Source: an uncultured Gemmatimonadales bacterium (GTDB taxonomy: Bacteria > Gemmatimonadota > Gemmatimonadetes > Gemmatimonadales > Gemmatimonadaceae). From it: a stretch of 64,000 nucleotides of DNA. Every line of letters begins with the position of its first letter. Positions within the stretch are counted from its first letter, which is position 1. The stretch is taken from NCBI GenBank assembly GCA_963851265.1, contig CAWKNZ010000002.1, forward strand, positions 928,001 through 992,000, given 5' to 3'. Of the stretch, positions 61,770 through 64,000 are shown one piece after another. Position numbers and translations under genes: made by a program. A model generated the notes under the pieces. That model was not told the origin of the DNA, made no database searches, and saw only the letters and a list, made by a program, of their open reading frames with translations.

Positions 61770-63754
61770 TCGCGGGCTCCTCCGGGCGCGGCTGCCGCCG
61801 CCGTGGCCGTCATCGCCTCGCGGGCGATCCCGTCGCCCCGTGCGAAGTACCCGGGCAACGAGACCGGCGCGTGCCCGGTGATCGCCGCACGTCCCAGCAC
61901 GGCCCGCGCGGATGCACGTTCGAGCGCATCGCCGCGCCCGTAGGTCACGAGGTACGTGCCGACGTGCGGAAACTGCCGGATCACGTACGGGTTGCCGCCC
62001 GCGACGACGATGACGCGCCGCGTGGCCTCGGCCTGGCGGTCGATCCACGCCGCCACGTGCGCGGGGATCGCGAGCCGGCCGTTCCCCTCGAACGTCCGCG
62101 TGTAGGTCATCACGACCAGCCGATCCGAGGCGCGCGCCGCCGCGCCGATGCTGTCCAGCGCCGCGGGCGACGAGCGCGGCGAGATCCGGTACGTGCGGAC
62201 GCGCGCCGCGCCGGCTCCGAGTTCGGCGAGGAAGCTCTGTCCGGCCGTGATCTCGTTGTCGGGCGCGTACACGACGGCCGTGATCGCGCGCACTCCCCGG
62301 GCCGGCACGAGTTGCGCCGTGTCGCGCAGGAGCGTGACCGCGCGCGCGGCGATCTCGCGCGCAATCGCCCAGTGCGCCGGCGCTCCCACGACGTCCCGCA
62401 GCGCCTCTAGATCCGTGATCGGCTCCGCGAGCGCGCCGGTGCGCGCCTTCAACGTCAGGAGCCGCCGAAGCGCCGCGTCGATGCGGGCCGGCGCGATCGT
62501 CCCGCGGTCGACGGCGGCGACGACGCCGTCTACGCAGCGCGGGACGTCGGTCGGCATCAGCAGGATATCGTCGCCCGCAGCGACGGCGAGCGCGCACGCG
62601 CGGTCGACCGGGTAGCCCTGTCCGATCCCTTCCATCGTCAGGGCGTCCGTCACCGTGAGGCCGGCGAAGTGCAGCGTATCGCGGAGCAGCCCGGTCATCA
62701 CACGTGGCGAGAGTGTGGCAGGGACGTAATTCAGGCGCCCGGTGTCGCCCTGAACCGCCGGAAGCGCGAGGTGTGCCGTCATCACGCCGGCCACGCCGGC
62801 GGCGATTGCGGCGCGGAAGGGCACGAACTCGACGCTGTCGAGTCGCGCGCGGTCGCTGCGGACGACGGGCAGCGCGACGTGCGAGTCCGCGTCGGTGTCG
62901 CCGTGCCCCGGAAAATGCTTCGCCACGGCCGCGACGCCCTCGCCCTGCAGCCCGCGCACGAATGCGGCCGTCATGCGCGCGACGGCCTGCGGCTCCTCGC
63001 CGAACGCGCGCACGTTGATGACCGGGTTCGCCGGATTGTTGTTCACGTCCGCGTCCGGGGCGAACACCACCTGGACGCCGGCGGCGCGCGCTTCCTTCCC
63101 GATCACGCGCCCGACGGACTCGGCGTCCTCGGGGCGCTCCGTCGCGCCGACGGCCATGTTCGTCGGCAACACGGTCGCCGTACCCGCGCTCCACAGCTGG
63201 GGGGTGAACACGCCGCCTTCGAAGCGGCCGAGTCCCGGTTCGAGGTCGCTCGAGACGAGCAGTGGGATGCGAGACGGGGTCGCGAGCGCCAGGCGCTGCA
63301 TCGCATTCACCTTGGCCGCCACCTCCAGGGGCGACCCGAGCGACATGATGACGCCCCCGACGTGATCCGCGCCGATCCAGCGGCGGATCTGGACGAAGCT
63401 CGGATCGTCGCGGTTCACGTAGTCGCCGAGCACCCAGACCGTGACCAGCTGCGCGACGCGGTCGCGGAGCGGGAGCGCCGCGATCGTACTGTCGACCCAG
63501 CGCGCTTCGGCCGGTGACAACGGACGTGCGAGCGCGCCCCGTGCGGGCCCGCGCCGTCCCGGCGCGCCGGCGAGCGCGCTCGCGGACGGTTGCGGATCGG
63601 CGCCGACCGGCCCGCGCACGGCCGTTACCGGCGCGGGCGGTCGCGCGCCGGCCCCGGACGACGCGCAGGCCGCGCCCGCGAGCGGCGCGGCGAGGGCGGC
63701 AACACGGGCCACGCGGGGCAGCGCCGGGCGCGGCGGACGAGAGGGGAGCGGCAT
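61766..63754 (-). CDS. nagZ: GH3 beta-N-acetylglucosaminidase, probable lipoprotein
   Basis: KHFPGHGDTDADSH, MTAH, TDAL, C-terminal GH3 domain; Cys after hydrophobic stretch (LAGAAC). Confidence 0.88.
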   Translation of the reverse strand: MPLPSRPPRPALPRVARVAALAAPLAGAACASSGAGARPPAPVTAVRGPVGADPQPSASALAGAPGRRGPARGALARPLSPAEARWVDSTIAALPLRDRVAQLVTVWVLGDYVNRDDPSFVQIRRWIGADHVGGVIMSLGSPLEVAAKVNAMQRLALATPSRIPLLVSSDLEPGLGRFEGGVFTPQLWSAGTATVLPTNMAVGATERPEDAESVGRVIGKEARAAGVQVVFAPDADVNNNPANPVINVRAFGEEPQAVARMTAAFVRGLQGEGVAAVAKHFPGHGDTDADSHVALPVVRSDRARLDSVEFVPFRAAIAAGVAGVMTAHLALPAVQGDTGRLNYVPATLSPRVMTGLLRDTLHFAGLTVTDALTMEGIGQGYPVDRACALAVAAGDDILLMPTDVPRCVDGVVAAVDRGTIAPARIDAALRRLLTLKARTGALAEPITDLEALRDVVGAPAHWAIAREIAARAVTLLRDTAQLVPARGVRAITAVVYAPDNEITAGQSFLAELGAGAARVRTYRISPRSSPAALDSIGAAARASDRLVVMTYTRTFEGNGRLAIPAHVAAWIDRQAEATRRVIVVAGGNPYVIRQFPHVGTYLVTYGRGDALERASARAVLGRAAITGHAPVSLPGYFARGDGIAREAMTATAAAAAPGGARE

Positions 63755-63782
63755 GCAGGCGGGGCGAAGAGGTGGGGACGGC

Positions 63783-63811
63783 AGTATACGGGCGGCGCAC
63801 AGCTCTTGCAC
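63783..63811 (-). promoter_or_regulatory. Candidate sigma70-type promoter for nagZ
   Basis: On the - strand GTGCAA-N17-TATACT, with the -10 box 28 nt upstream of the ATG. Confidence 0.5.
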
Positions 63812-64000
63812 CCGCCGCGCTCGCCTCGCGTGACGGCGCGCGCCTGCTCCGGCCCGTCCTTTCGTACGTTCTCTCGCTCGCTTCGATGCCTCTCTTTCGC
63901 TCGCGTCGCGCCGCGACGCTCGTCGGCGCACTCGCCATCGGCGCTGCGGTTCTCCCCGGCACGGCCTGCGCGCCGCGCGCGATCCAAGTGTCGGGCGCGC

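Overview
Very GC-rich (roughly 70-75% by eye), densely coding bacterial chromosome segment. Gene content and style suggest Gemmatimonadota (inference only). I see no mobile element, prophage, CRISPR array or rRNA. It holds about 50 CDS and one tRNA-Ala(UGC). Main blocks: S9 peptidase and stress oxidoreductases; an ABC-2 exporter; speA; Mn/Fe SOD; an orphan catabolic locus (GH38, split peptide-type ABC importer, heparinase II/III-like lyase, TrmJ-like methyltransferase, class III aminotransferase, two amidohydrolases); an alternative complex III operon actABCDEF; two two-component pairs; tonB-exbB-exbD-exbD plus a TonB-like gene; amino-acid transporters flanking a membrane H+-PPase; dps; and a probable peptidoglycan/amino-sugar recycling cluster (NagZ, serine hydrolase, two Na+:solute symporters, sugar kinase, ErpA). 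The most unusual signal is not a gene. The non-palindromic heptamer GTTAGGC/GCCTAAC occurs 20 times (by-eye count), on both strands, in three different codon contexts and between genes. It accounts for most TTAG/CTAA words and most TTA codons in the window, which points to a DNA-level signal of unknown function. Start codons are my best picks, and several differ from the ORF track.
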